From a bacterium (GTDB lineage: Bacteria; UBA8248): a DNA stretch of 64,000 nt. The translations under genes were made by a program, and so were the position numbers. The stretch spans positions 224,001-288,000 of the forward strand of contig OZ241326.1 in assembly GCA_965199855.1 (NCBI GenBank). The letters are read 5' to 3'. A model generated the notes under the pieces. The model had not been told where the DNA came from. It was given only the letters and a program-made list of their open reading frames with translations, and ran no database searches. Positions within the stretch are counted from its first letter, which is position 1; each line of letters opens with the position of its first letter. This document shows positions 28,401 to 38,442 of this stretch, piece after piece.

Positions 28401-29873
28401 ATGAACGAGCTGCTTCGCCTCACCATCGCGGAAATCGGCGAGAACCTGCGGGCCGGAGAATTCACCGCGGAGGAGCTGACGGGGGCGTATCTCGACCGCA
28501 TCGAGGAAACCGAGGGGCGGGTGGGCGCCTACCTGAGCGTTCTCGCCGACGAGGCCCTGCGCGCCGCGCGCGCGGCCGACGCGAGGCTCCGGGCGGGAGA
28601 CGGCGACTCCCCCCTTCTGGGCGTCCCCGTCGCCGTGAAGGACCTCCTCTGCATGAAGGGGACGAAGACCACCTGCGCCTCGCGGCTTCTGGAGAACTTC
28701 GAGGCGCCCTACGACGCCACCGCCGTGGCGCGGCTGAAGGAGGCGGGCGCGGTCATCCTCGGCAAGCTGAACATGGACGAATTCGCCATGGGCTCCTCCT
28801 GCGAGCGGAGCGCGTTCGGCCCGACCCGCAACCCGTGGAACCTGAAGACCGCCCCGGGCGGCAGCAGCGGCGGCTCAGCTGCCGCCGTGGCGGCGCGCTC
28901 GTGCGCCGTCTCGCTGGGCTCGGACACGGGCGGCTCCATCCGCCAGCCGGCGGCGTGCTGCGGCGTCGTGGGCATGAAGCCCACCTACGGGCGCGTCTCG
29001 CGCTACGGCCTCATCGCCTTCGCCAGCTCGCTGGACCAGATCGGCCCCCTCGCGGGGAGCGTCCGCGACGCGGCCGTTCTGCTGGGCGCCGTGAGCGGCC
29101 ACGACCCGCGCGACTCCACCTCGGCGGACGAGCCCGCGCCCGACTGCGCGGAAGGGCTGGAGGCGGGCGTGAAGGGGCTGAAAATCGGCATCCCCCGCGA
29201 ATACTTCGTCGAGGGCATGGACCCCGAGGTCGAGGCGGCGGTTCGGGAGGCGATGGCCGCGTTCGAGGACATGGGAGCGGAGCTCCTCGACATCTCCCTC
29301 CCCCACACCGAATACGCCCTGCCCGTGTATTACATCCTCGCCCCGGCGGAGGCGAGCAGCAACCTGGCGCGCTACGACGGCGCGCGCTTCGGCGTCCGGG
29401 AGGAGGGGGACTCCCCCTACGGCGCCCTGTTCGGCATGTACGCCGCCAGCCGGGAGAGCGGCTTCGGCGAGGAGGTGAAGCGCCGCGTCATGCTGGGAAC
29501 CTACGCGCTCTCCTCGGGCTACTACGACGCCTACTACGAGAAGGCGCAGAGGGTGCGGACGCTGATTCGCCGCGACTTCCAGGCCGCCTTCGAGACGGTG
29601 GACGTCGCCCTCTCCGCCACGGCGCCGACCCCCGCCTTCGAGATCGGCGAGCGCCTCGACGACCCGCTGAGCATGTATCTCTCCGACATTCTCACCATCC
29701 CCTGCAATCTGGCGGGGCTTCCCGGCATCAGCCAGCCGTGCGGGTTCACCTCGGCGGGCCTGCCGATCGGGCTCCAGCTGGTGGGCAGGCCCTTCGGCGA
29801 GCGGACGATTCTGCGGGCGGCGGCGGCGTTCGAGCGGGCGACGGCGCACCACGAGGCGCGCCCGCCGCTGTGA
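28401..29873 (+). CDS. gatA: Asp/Glu-tRNA amidotransferase subunit A
   Basis: [59 protein letters not shown]. Confidence 0.97.
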   Translation: MNELLRLTIAEIGENLRAGEFTAEELTGAYLDRIEETEGRVGAYLSVLADEALRAARAADARLRAGDGDSPLLGVPVAVKDLLCMKGTKTTCASRLLENFEAPYDATAVARLKEAGAVILGKLNMDEFAMGSSCERSAFGPTRNPWNLKTAPGGSSGGSAAAVAARSCAVSLGSDTGGSIRQPAACCGVVGMKPTYGRVSRYGLIAFASSLDQIGPLAGSVRDAAVLLGAVSGHDPRDSTSADEPAPDCAEGLEAGVKGLKIGIPREYFVEGMDPEVEAAVREAMAAFEDMGAELLDISLPHTEYALPVYYILAPAEASSNLARYDGARFGVREEGDSPYGALFGMYAASRESGFGEEVKRRVMLGTYALSSGYYDAYYEKAQRVRTLIRRDFQAAFETVDVALSATAPTPAFEIGERLDDPLSMYLSDILTIPCNLAGLPGISQPCGFTSAGLPIGLQLVGRPFGERTILRAAAAFERATAHHEARPPL

Positions 29874-29950
29874 GGCGCGCCTCCGCCGGGAGAGCGGGGG
29901 CGGGGAGAGGGCAGAAACTTCGGCGAAGGGGCTTTTGACGGGAGAAGACG

Positions 29951-31399
29951 ATGGCGTATGAGACGGTGATCGGCCTCGAGGTCCACGCGCAGCTCGCCAC
30001 CCGGAGCAAGATTTTTTGCGGGTCGAGCGCGGCGTTCGGGGGCGGCCCGAACGAGCATACCTGCGCGGTGGATCTCGGGCTGCCCGGCGTCCTGCCCGTC
30101 CTCAACAAAGAGGCCGTGGAATACGCGCTCCGGCTCGGGCTGGCCGTCGGCGCGGAGGTCGCCCCGGTCTGCCGCTTCGCCCGAAAGCACTACTTCTATC
30201 CCGACCTCCCCAAGGGCTACCAGATCAGCCAATACGAGGAGCCCATCTGCGCGGGGGGCCGCGTCCGCTTCGCCGCGCGGGACGGGCGGGAGATGACGGT
30301 CGGCCTCACCAGAATCCACATGGAGGAAGACGCCGGCAAGCTCATTCACGGCGAGGAGCTGGGAGACCCGGAGCATTCCTACTCGGATTTGAACCGCGCG
30401 GGCGTCCCCCTGCTCGAAATCGTATCGGAGCCCGAACTGCGAAGCCCCGAGGAGGCGGAAGCCTACATGCGGAAGCTCAGAACCCTGGTGCGCTATCTCG
30501 GAATCTCGGACGGCAACATGCAGGAGGGGAGCCTGCGCTGCGACGCCAACGTCTCGCTCAGGGCGCGGGGCGCGGAGGCGCTCGGCGCGAAGGTGGAAAT
30601 CAAGAACATGAACTCCTTCCGGAACCTGCGGCGCGCGCTCGAACACGAGGAGGAGCGCCAGCGGGAAATCCTCGACTCCGGCGGCGTCATCCGCCAGGAG
30701 ACGAGGCTCTGGGACGAGTCGGCGGGCGAGACGCGGGGGATGCGCTCGAAGGAATACGCGCACGACTACCGCTATTTTCCCGACCCCGACCTGGCGCCCC
30801 TCGAGGTGAGCGAAAAATGGCTCGCCGACGTCCGCGCGCGGATGCCGGAGCTGCCCGATGAGAAAAGCAGGCGCTTTCAGGAGGCGTTCGGCCTCCCCCG
30901 ATACGACGCGGAAGTCCTCACCGCCGAGAAGGAGGTGGCCGACTATTTCGACGAGGCGGTGAAGGCCGCCGGAAAGGAGCGGGCCAAGGCGGCGAGCAAC
31001 TGGGTGATGGGCGACGTCCTGCGCCTGCTGAACGAGCGAAAAATCCCCATCGGCGAATGCCCCGTGCCGCCCGGGCGGCTGGCGAAAATGCTGGCGCTCA
31101 TCGACGAGGGCGTCATCAGCGGAAAAATCGCCAAAACGGTGTTCGACGCCATGGCGGAGAGCGGGGAGGAGCCCGAGGCCATCGTCGAGAAAAAGGGCCT
31201 GCGGCAGATTACGGACGCGGACGCGATCTGCCGCGTCGCCGAGGAGGTGATCGCCTCGAACCCGAAGGAGGCCGAAGCCTACCGGGGCGGCAGGAAGAAG
31301 CTGATGGGCTTTTTCGTCGGCCAGGCGATGAAGGCCACGGGGGGCAAGGCGAACCCGAAGGCGCTCCAGGAGATTCTCGGGGAAAAGCTGGAGGGCTAA
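29951..31399 (+). CDS. gatB: Asp/Glu-tRNA amidotransferase subunit B
   Basis: IGLEVHAQL, YFYPDLPKGYQISQ, HMEEDAGK, RCDANVS, DYRYFPDPDL. Confidence 0.97.
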   Translation: MAYETVIGLEVHAQLATRSKIFCGSSAAFGGGPNEHTCAVDLGLPGVLPVLNKEAVEYALRLGLAVGAEVAPVCRFARKHYFYPDLPKGYQISQYEEPICAGGRVRFAARDGREMTVGLTRIHMEEDAGKLIHGEELGDPEHSYSDLNRAGVPLLEIVSEPELRSPEEAEAYMRKLRTLVRYLGISDGNMQEGSLRCDANVSLRARGAEALGAKVEIKNMNSFRNLRRALEHEEERQREILDSGGVIRQETRLWDESAGETRGMRSKEYAHDYRYFPDPDLAPLEVSEKWLADVRARMPELPDEKSRRFQEAFGLPRYDAEVLTAEKEVADYFDEAVKAAGKERAKAASNWVMGDVLRLLNERKIPIGECPVPPGRLAKMLALIDEGVISGKIAKTVFDAMAESGEEPEAIVEKKGLRQITDADAICRVAEEVIASNPKEAEAYRGGRKKLMGFFVGQAMKATGGKANPKALQEILGEKLEG

Positions 31400-31587
31400 T
31401 CCCCGGCCGGCGCCGGCTCCTCCCGGTCGAACCCGCAGAGGGTCGCTCCGCCTGAAGGTGAAACCGGACGCGCCGGCCGAAGTCCTTCACCCTGGCGGCC
31501 CGCTCGCCCGTGCGCCCCGCGCCGATCCCCCGCCAGAAGCCGCGTCAGCGCGCGCTCCCCGGACGCGGGGCTGAAAGGGTCTCGCGC

Positions 31588-32058
31588 CTATCTCTCCTTT
31601 TTCTTGCGGTAGGGCCTGTGGCACGCCCCGCAGGTCTGGCCCAGGGCGGCGAAGGCCTCCATCGCGCCGCTCTTGTCCTTCGCCTTGGCCGCTTTCGCCA
31701 CGTTCTCGGCGGCTATGGATGAGCGCGCGGCGAGATTGCCGTAGTCGTCGAAGCGGTTCCACGCCTCGGCCTTGATGCGCGTCTCGCCGAAGGCGCTCCC
31801 CTTGGGAGTCAAGTACGGAATCGCCGCCGCGAGCAGCGCGATTTCCTCCGCCGCCATGGCCGCGCGCCCGAAGTTTTCCTTGCCGACGTGAACCTTGACG
31901 CGGCGCATCGCGCGGCTGATGCTCTTCATCGTATTCACGCGCGCCCTCTGGACGCCGCGCAGCGTCCGCTCGTCCCCGGCGAAGGAGGGCGAGGAGAAAA
32001 GCAGGCCCGCCAAAGCCGTCCCGACAACCGCCGCGCCCGTCCGTCTCCATGCTCGCAT
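31588..32058 (-). CDS. Cytochrome c' (class II cytochrome c)
   Basis: Signal peptide, helical body, C-terminal CGACH..YR heme motif. Confidence 0.88.
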   Translation of the reverse strand: MRAWRRTGAAVVGTALAGLLFSSPSFAGDERTLRGVQRARVNTMKSISRAMRRVKVHVGKENFGRAAMAAEEIALLAAAIPYLTPKGSAFGETRIKAEAWNRFDDYGNLAARSSIAAENVAKAAKAKDKSGAMEAFAALGQTCGACHRPYRKKKER

Positions 32059-32227
32059 GTCAGCCGCTCCTCTTCGAGGGGAATGGATGCCCTGATCCTA
32101 GAAGCGCCGCCGCCGCCCTGTCAATTCCCCGGATCGGCGCGCGCGCCTCGTGGCGGCCCTCTCCCGGCTGTGATAAGCAGAGACGCCTTGACTCCCCTTC
32201 ACCTCGCCGGACGCCTGGAGAAAGCGC

Positions 32228-33220
32228 ATGACCGACAGGATACGGCTTCTCGTGGCGGACGGGGCTTCGGGCCGCTTTCTGGAGAGGGTGCGGGCGAGTC
32301 CCGCCGCCGCGCCGTTCGAGATCGCGGCGCCGGAAGCCGGGGGGGAGGACGCCCTGCTCGCGCTCGCGCCGGAGGCGGACGCCATCCTCTGCTACAAGGC
32401 GCGGCTCCCGGCCGCCGTCATCGAGGCGGCGGCGCGCCTCAAATACATCCAGAAGCACGGGCTGAACCTCAAGAACATCGACCTCGAGGCGGCGCGGCGG
32501 CGCGGGATTCCCGTCGGCGCGCAGGCGCTGGCGCGAAACGCCACGGTGGCCGAGCAGGCCCTCGCCCTCATGCTCTGCTGCGCGCGCAGGGTGATTCCCG
32601 GCCACCGCGCGGTGGAGGCGGGCGTCTATCGGGAGAGGGGGATCGAGCCGATCCCGACCAGCCAGTGGAGCTTCCGGGCGAACTGGGCGGGAATCGAGGG
32701 CGTCTCGGAGCTGTTCGGCGAGAGCGTCGGCATCGTCGGGCTGGGCGACATCGGCATGGAGATCGCCAGGCGGTGCCTCGCCTTCGGCATGGAAATCCTC
32801 TACCACCAGCGAACGCGGCACCCGCCCGAGGTCGAGGCGGAATATCAGGCCGCCTGGCTGCCCCTGGACGAGCTGCTCGGGCGGGTCTCCTGGCTCGTCC
32901 TCGTCCTGCCGCACACCGAGGAGAGCGAGGGGATGATCGGCGCGGCCGAGCTCGCGCGCATGAGGAAAACCGCCGCCCTCGTCAACGTGGGCCGCGGCGC
33001 GCTCATCGACGAGGACGCGCTCGCCCGCGCCCTGCGAAGGGGCGAGCTCGCCATGGCCGGCCTCGACGTCTATCGCCGGGAGCCCCTGCCCGCCGACAGC
33101 CCGCTCATCGGCCTGCCCAACGTCGCGCTCGCCCCCCACGTCGGCGGCGGCTCGAACCGCCACTGGGACGCGGACATCCCCGCCTCCCTGGGCAAAATCG
33201 CCGCGTTCTTCGGGGCGTGA
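32228..33220 (+). CDS. D-2-hydroxyacid dehydrogenase family
   Basis: GIVGLGDIG, NVGRGALIDE, GLDVYRREP, PHVGG. Confidence 0.92.
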   Translation: MTDRIRLLVADGASGRFLERVRASPAAAPFEIAAPEAGGEDALLALAPEADAILCYKARLPAAVIEAAARLKYIQKHGLNLKNIDLEAARRRGIPVGAQALARNATVAEQALALMLCCARRVIPGHRAVEAGVYRERGIEPIPTSQWSFRANWAGIEGVSELFGESVGIVGLGDIGMEIARRCLAFGMEILYHQRTRHPPEVEAEYQAAWLPLDELLGRVSWLVLVLPHTEESEGMIGAAELARMRKTAALVNVGRGALIDEDALARALRRGELAMAGLDVYRREPLPADSPLIGLPNVALAPHVGGGSNRHWDADIPASLGKIAAFFGA

Positions 33221-33380
33221 GGGCGGGGAGCCGCCGGCGCGGGCGAGGCCCGCTCCGCAAGCTCCCGACCACCCCTTCCGTCGTTTGGCCGGCGCGTCTT
33301 TCGGCTCTCCCGGCCCTTCATTCGCCTGATGGTTTGTGATAGGCTGGGAGCGCCAGAACCAGATACAGAGAGCATTCAAT

Positions 33381-34157
33381 ATGGCTACGGAAACTGATGC
33401 CGCCGTCCAGGGCAAATCAGCCGCGGATGCGACTCCGTGGTTGAACAAAATTCACCGCGGCGACTGCATCGATCTGATGGGCGAGATGCCCGCCGGCTCC
33501 GTGGACATGATAGTTACCAGCCCCCCGTACAACATAAAAAACAGCACAGGCAACGGCATGAAGAACGGGAGCGGCGGCAAGTGGCCTAAGGCCGCGCTCA
33601 TCGAAGGCTACGAGGAACACGAGGATTGTATGCCCCACGATGAATATGTGGCGTGGCAACGCGAATGCCTGAGCGCCATGATGCGGCTCATCAAGCCCAC
33701 GGGCGCGATATTCTACAATCACAAGTGGCGCGTTCAGAACGGCCTGCTTCAAGACAGGAGCGATATTGTCGAGGGCTTCCCCGTCCGCCAGATCATCATC
33801 TGGAAGCGCAAGGGCGGGATCAATTTCAACCCCGGATACTTCCTTCCGACCTACGAGGTCATCTACCTGATCGCCAAGCCTGACTTCCGCCTCGCGCCCA
33901 AGGCGAACGCCGTCGGCGATGTGTGGGAGATCAACCAGGAGGCGAGCAACCCCCACCCTGCGCCGTTTCCCACCGAGTTGGCCCAAAGGTGTATCGGCTC
34001 CGCGCCTGGCGAGATTGTCCTTGATCCGTTCATGGGAAGCGGGACGACCGCCATCGCTGCGGAAGCGCAGGGAAGGCAATGGATCGGGATCGAGAAAAGC
34101 AAGCGATACTGCCGCCTCGCGGATGAGAGGCTGGCGGCGTATCGGAAGCTGAAATGA
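33381..34157 (+). CDS. Site-specific DNA methyltransferase, beta class (likely N4-cytosine)
   Basis: TSPPYN, HPAPFP, VLDPFMGSGTT. Confidence 0.92.
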   Translation: MATETDAAVQGKSAADATPWLNKIHRGDCIDLMGEMPAGSVDMIVTSPPYNIKNSTGNGMKNGSGGKWPKAALIEGYEEHEDCMPHDEYVAWQRECLSAMMRLIKPTGAIFYNHKWRVQNGLLQDRSDIVEGFPVRQIIIWKRKGGINFNPGYFLPTYEVIYLIAKPDFRLAPKANAVGDVWEINQEASNPHPAPFPTELAQRCIGSAPGEIVLDPFMGSGTTAIAAEAQGRQWIGIEKSKRYCRLADERLAAYRKLK

Positions 34158-34828
34158 TCACCCGCAAAGCCCTGCTCGACAAGATACGGGAGTTGTGCGG
34201 GAGCGGCTGGCACGACCTCCCCGACACCGGCTCCGGCGCTCCGGGCGACCATCTGGAAAAACTGCTCGGCCTCAAGACATCGAACGTGGACATCCCCGAC
34301 GCGGGAGCGTTCGAGTTGAAGTTCTCTCGCGGCTCCGCGCTCATCACGCTGTTCCACAAGACCCCGAGGCCGAGAGGCTCCATGCGCTACGTCATCAACA
34401 AGCACGGATGGAGGGGGCGCAACGGCCGCCCTTCGTTCCGGCACACCATCGCCGGCGAATCGGACAAGGGCTTCGACATCGTGTACGACGCGGGCTCCAT
34501 CTGGGTGAGACACGAGGAGGCCATGAACATCGTCCCCCACTGGACGGAGGACGATCTATTGAACGCGGCGGGCAGGAAGTTGAGCCGCCTGGTGCTGGTA
34601 CGGGGAACCGTCAGGAAGAATCCGTATCGGGTGCTGTATGAGCGCGCCGCCCTCTATGAGCAGTTCAGGCTGTCGAGACTCATGCGGGCGATTGAGAGCG
34701 GGCTCGTGCTGGTGGACTTCGACGCCTACATCAGGCCGTCCGGCGCAGTGAGAGATCACGGCACCAAGTTCAGAATCGACCCCAGGAACATCGGACGCCT
34801 ATACGAGACGCACGAAAGAATCGTTTAG
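34154..34828 (+). CDS. MvaI/BcnI family restriction endonuclease
   Basis: G..LE.LLG...N..IPD....ELK, LITLFHKTP, RDHGTKFRI; ATGA coupling to the MTase. Confidence 0.85.
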   Translation: MITRKALLDKIRELCGSGWHDLPDTGSGAPGDHLEKLLGLKTSNVDIPDAGAFELKFSRGSALITLFHKTPRPRGSMRYVINKHGWRGRNGRPSFRHTIAGESDKGFDIVYDAGSIWVRHEEAMNIVPHWTEDDLLNAAGRKLSRLVLVRGTVRKNPYRVLYERAALYEQFRLSRLMRAIESGLVLVDFDAYIRPSGAVRDHGTKFRIDPRNIGRLYETHERIV

Positions 34829-34829
34829 T

Positions 34830-35057
34830 GGCGTCAAGTATATCATTCCCAAAAAATCCTTCGACAAGACGCCCGCGAGATCAAAGAATTTCCTGATCCT
34901 CGGGGTGGAGACGGGCGAGATGCGCGCGCAGCTGAACGAAATGCGCGTCGAGAGGGTGTTCGACCTGTTCGAGACGCTACACAACGACGCCCGGTGGCGC
35001 GAGTTCCTGAACGAGGTGTTCCACCACACCCTCCGCGCGCTCCGGGCGCCTCTGTAA
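34830..35057 (+). pseudogene. Orphan C-terminal gene fragment (or a 45-aa ORF from ATG 34920)
   Basis: Open frame GVKYIIPKK...REFLNEVFHHTLRALRAPL* with coding-like GC3 bias, starting right after the REase stop without its own 5' end. Confidence 0.5.
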
Positions 35058-35117
35058 AGAAGCCGGGGAGACAGGGCGAGGCGGGAAGCGTCCCCGAGCG
35101 CCCCTCGATCCGCCCCC

Positions 35118-35555
35118 CTACCCCTGCGCCCAGTCGGGAGCCAGCGCGCCTTCGGGAAGGTATTGAATCAGCTCGACGGCGAGGCCGCCCGTGGTGGCGG
35201 GGTCGGCGAAGGTGATGACGCCGCCTCGAGAGCCGTAGGTGGGCGGCATCGTGAAGACGACGCCCTTCGCCTCCCACTCGGCCATGGTCGCCCGCAGATC
35301 GTCCACGGCGAGGCAGACGTGGTGCAGCCCCTCGCCGCGCTCGGCGATGAAGCGGTTGAGCGGCGCGTCGGGGCTGCTCATCTCCACGAGCTCCATCACC
35401 GCCCCCTCCGCCTCGTAGAAATCGAGCCGGGCGGTGTTGCCGGGACGCTCATAGACCCTTCTCTCCAGAAACCGGAAGCCCAGCAAATCCTCCATCACGC
35501 GCCTCTTCGCTTCCAGGTCGCGGACGGCGCAGCCCACGTGATCGACTTTCGGCAT
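35118..35555 (-). CDS. VOC family protein (methylmalonyl-CoA epimerase-like)
   Basis: DHVGCAVRDL, MELVE, RGEGLHHVCLAVDD, TGGLAVELIQ. Confidence 0.88.
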   Translation of the reverse strand: MPKVDHVGCAVRDLEAKRRVMEDLLGFRFLERRVYERPGNTARLDFYEAEGAVMELVEMSSPDAPLNRFIAERGEGLHHVCLAVDDLRATMAEWEAKGVVFTMPPTYGSRGGVITFADPATTGGLAVELIQYLPEGALAPDWAQG

Positions 35556-35592
35556 TTTTCCAGACTCTCCCGATGAAGAAGGGAACGCTCGC

Positions 35593-36498
35593 TCAGGCTT
35601 TCATCCATATCTGGTTGTGCGTGTCGGCATACTCCGTGTCGTCGAACATTTCGCTGCGGCGCTTCTCCTCCCGCGTGAAGCCGCAATCCTGAAGGACGGC
35701 GGCGACGCCCTCCGCCTGCTCGCGGAAGTTGTCGTTCACCTCGACGTATACCGTCTTCAGCGCGGGGTCGCGCAGGGTGCGCTCCGCGCCCTTGAGAACC
35801 AGATGCTCGATGCCGTCCACGTCGATCTTCATCATGCCCGGCGCGCCGGAAACCAGGCCGTTCTCGACGAGGGAATCCAGCGCGAAGCCCACCGTCCGGT
35901 AGGACGCGGTTTTCTGGAGCCGCTCGCCCTCGTGGCCATAGTCCACGCCGAAGGCGGAATGCGAGCCTCCCGCCCCCGGGCTGGAAAGCGAGAAGTCGGC
36001 GACCCGGTTCCCGTCGCTGAGCGGATTGGGCACGATGCGAACCTTGCTCTCCAGACCGTTCCTGCCGATGTTCCTCGACAGGACGGGAAGATTGAAAACG
36101 GACGGCTCGAAGGCATAGACCTCGCCGCCCTTCGTCATCCCGTGATAGATGGAATACATCCCCACGTTGGCGCCCACGTCGAAAAAGGCGCCGTCGCCGC
36201 CGCAGCGGTCGATCCATTCCAGGATTTCCGGCTCCTTGGAGGAAAACGTAGCGGCGCGGAAGGCGCAGGTTCTGTTGGGGACGAAGAACTCCATCTCGAC
36301 CGCCGCGCCGTCCGTCGAGCGGTGGGAAACCCGCCTCGTCGCGCCCTCGATTTTTTCCAGAAGGAGCTGATTCCCCAGCGTCCCCAGATTTCCGTCCAGG
36401 GCGTTCAAAAAACGCGAGTAGGCGCCCTCCAGCATGGCCGAAAAGCGCAGGGGCGCGAGCAGCGCGCCCTTCGCGAACCTTCTCGCCGCTCTCCTCAT
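35593..36498 (-). CDS. FkbM family methyltransferase
   Basis: KEPEILEWI, FDVGANVGMYS, AFEP, KIDVDGIE. Start approximate. Confidence 0.88.
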   Translation of the reverse strand: MRRAARRFAKGALLAPLRFSAMLEGAYSRFLNALDGNLGTLGNQLLLEKIEGATRRVSHRSTDGAAVEMEFFVPNRTCAFRAATFSSKEPEILEWIDRCGGDGAFFDVGANVGMYSIYHGMTKGGEVYAFEPSVFNLPVLSRNIGRNGLESKVRIVPNPLSDGNRVADFSLSSPGAGGSHSAFGVDYGHEGERLQKTASYRTVGFALDSLVENGLVSGAPGMMKIDVDGIEHLVLKGAERTLRDPALKTVYVEVNDNFREQAEGVAAVLQDCGFTREEKRRSEMFDDTEYADTHNQIWMKA

Positions 36499-36681
36499 TC
36501 CGCCTCTCCCGAAAGCGCCCGCCGGGCGCGGACCCCGTGGAGCGGCCCTTGTAGCACGACGCCCGCGCCGCCTCCAGCCCTCCGCGCGCCCGAAGCGCGG
36601 GCCCGCCGGGGGATGACGCGCGGGGGCGCGGCCTGTATACTCGCCCTCTTTTCCGAACCGACGGAGATTCTCGACAAGCGC

Positions 36682-37566
36682 ATGTCCGCCATCCCGCCGC
36701 TTCTGAACGTCGTCTTTCCGGTGATGGCGCTCATCGGCGCCGGCTTCCTCTACGGGCGATGGAAGCGGATCGACCCCCGGACGCTGGCCGAGATCGTCCT
36801 GTTCCTGCTCGCGCCCGCCGTCATGTTCGACGCCCTGGCGCGGCAGCGCGTCCTCTGGGAGGATCTGCTCAGGGCGGGCGCCTTCTCCTGCGCCATCCAG
36901 ATCGTCCCGGGGGCCGCCGCCTGGCTCATCAAGCGCGCGGCGGGGATGACCCAGCGCTCCTTCGTCCCCGGCGTGATGATCATGAACGCCGTCTCGCTGC
37001 CCTATCCCCTGGCGCTTCTGGCCTTCGGGGAGGAGGGCCTGGCGCACACGGTGCTGCTCTCCATCCCCAACATCTTCATCACCTTCTCGCTCGGCATCAT
37101 GGCGCACGGCGGGGGGGCGAGCGTCCGGGAGCCGCTCCGGATGCCCGCTCTCTACGCGGCCGTCGCGGGCATCGCCGCGGCGCTGGCGGCGATTCCGGTT
37201 CCGCAGTTCATCCTGCGCTTCACCCACCTCGCCGGGCGCGGCATGTTTCCGGTGGAGCTCTTCGCCCTGGGCTACCGGCTCCGAAGCATCCGGGCGTCCG
37301 ACTTCCGCGTCAGCCTCCTCGTCTCGGCGCTCAGGTTCGGACTCGGCTTTCTCCTCGCCTGGGCGCTCTCGGAGGCCTTCGCGCTCGAGGGCGCGTTCCG
37401 CGCCGCGCTCTTCCTCATGTCGTGCAGCCCGCCCGCCGTGCTGAACTACGTGTTCGCCGAGCGCTACGGGGAGGAGGGGCCCCTCGCCGCCTCCATCGTG
37501 TTCACGGGCACGGCGCTAAGCCTGATCGCCACGCCCCTGCTTCTCCTCTATCTGGGAGCGGGCTAG
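36682..37566 (+). CDS. AEC (auxin efflux carrier) family transporter
   Basis: NVVFPVMALIGAGF, FGEEGL, SPPAV..YVFAERY, multi-TM. Confidence 0.88.
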   Translation: MSAIPPLLNVVFPVMALIGAGFLYGRWKRIDPRTLAEIVLFLLAPAVMFDALARQRVLWEDLLRAGAFSCAIQIVPGAAAWLIKRAAGMTQRSFVPGVMIMNAVSLPYPLALLAFGEEGLAHTVLLSIPNIFITFSLGIMAHGGGASVREPLRMPALYAAVAGIAAALAAIPVPQFILRFTHLAGRGMFPVELFALGYRLRSIRASDFRVSLLVSALRFGLGFLLAWALSEAFALEGAFRAALFLMSCSPPAVLNYVFAERYGEEGPLAASIVFTGTALSLIATPLLLLYLGAG

Positions 37567-38265
37567 GCGCCCCTGCCCGGCGCGGCCCCTCAGCCGGCGC
37601 GTGATGGACTCCTGAAAATAGAGCGCGGCGGCGGCGGCGGCTACGGCGGCGACCAGCAAGGCGGCCACCATTCCGTATCGCTCCTCGTACATCCCGGCGC
37701 CCTGGATGCCCAGCATGATGGTGCCGGGGATTCTGCCGAGGAAGGCGACCAGGGCGAACGCGGGCGTCCGGAGCGGACTCAGCCCCAGCAGGTAGCACAT
37801 GTAGTCCTTGGGAAAGCCCGGTATCGCGAAGAAAACGAAGGCGAAAAACGCGCCGCGGCTCCGGATGAGGAAGTCGAACTTCCCCAGAATCCCCGGCGGG
37901 ATGAGCCGCTCCACGAAGGGGCGGCCCAGCTTTCGCCCGATCCAGAAGGCCAGGAGGCTGCCCAGCGTCAGGCCGATGGTGCTGAGAACCGTAGCGGCGA
38001 GCGCGCCATAGACGTAGCCGCCCAGAAACCCCGTCAGCTCCCCCGGTATCGGGGAGAAGACCACCTGGAGCGCCTGCGCCCCGACGAACACCGCCGGCCC
38101 CCAGGCGCCGAATCCGTGAATCCAGTCCCGGAACCTGTCCTTTTGATGGTGGAACTTCGCCAGATGCGTCCAGAGGAGGAGCGCCTCGTCCCGCAGGAGC
38201 CAGAGCAGAAGCGCCGCCGCGGCCAGGCCGAGCGCGGACGCCCACAGAATCTTCCTCTTCCCCAC
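37516..38265 (-). CDS. TVP38/TMEM64 (DedA/SNARE-associated) membrane protein
   Basis: LQVVFSPIPGE..GFLGGY, IPGFPKDYMCY..GLS, GRIPG. Start approximate. Confidence 0.88.
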   Translation of the reverse strand: MGKRKILWASALGLAAAALLLWLLRDEALLLWTHLAKFHHQKDRFRDWIHGFGAWGPAVFVGAQALQVVFSPIPGELTGFLGGYVYGALAATVLSTIGLTLGSLLAFWIGRKLGRPFVERLIPPGILGKFDFLIRSRGAFFAFVFFAIPGFPKDYMCYLLGLSPLRTPAFALVAFLGRIPGTIMLGIQGAGMYEERYGMVAALLVAAVAAAAAALYFQESITRRLRGRAGQGRLARSQIEEKQGRGDQA

Positions 38266-38442
38266 CGGCGACGCTCCCCTCGTTCCGGGCGATGAGACGC
38301 TCCCCAAGACGAAGGGTTACATACCATCAAAGCCGCCGCGCGCGGAACCGCGAAGGCGCGCCGCCCGCCATCGTTGACATCGAGCCGTCCCCCCGTCCAG
38401 GATCCGCGCCTCAGAAGGAGCGCTCAACCGTTCGGAGAAGCC

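Noticed and set aside
37516-37566. 51-bp convergent 3' overlap of AEC and TVP38 genes
   Set aside because: Likely a trivial stop-codon drift giving a low-complexity tail.
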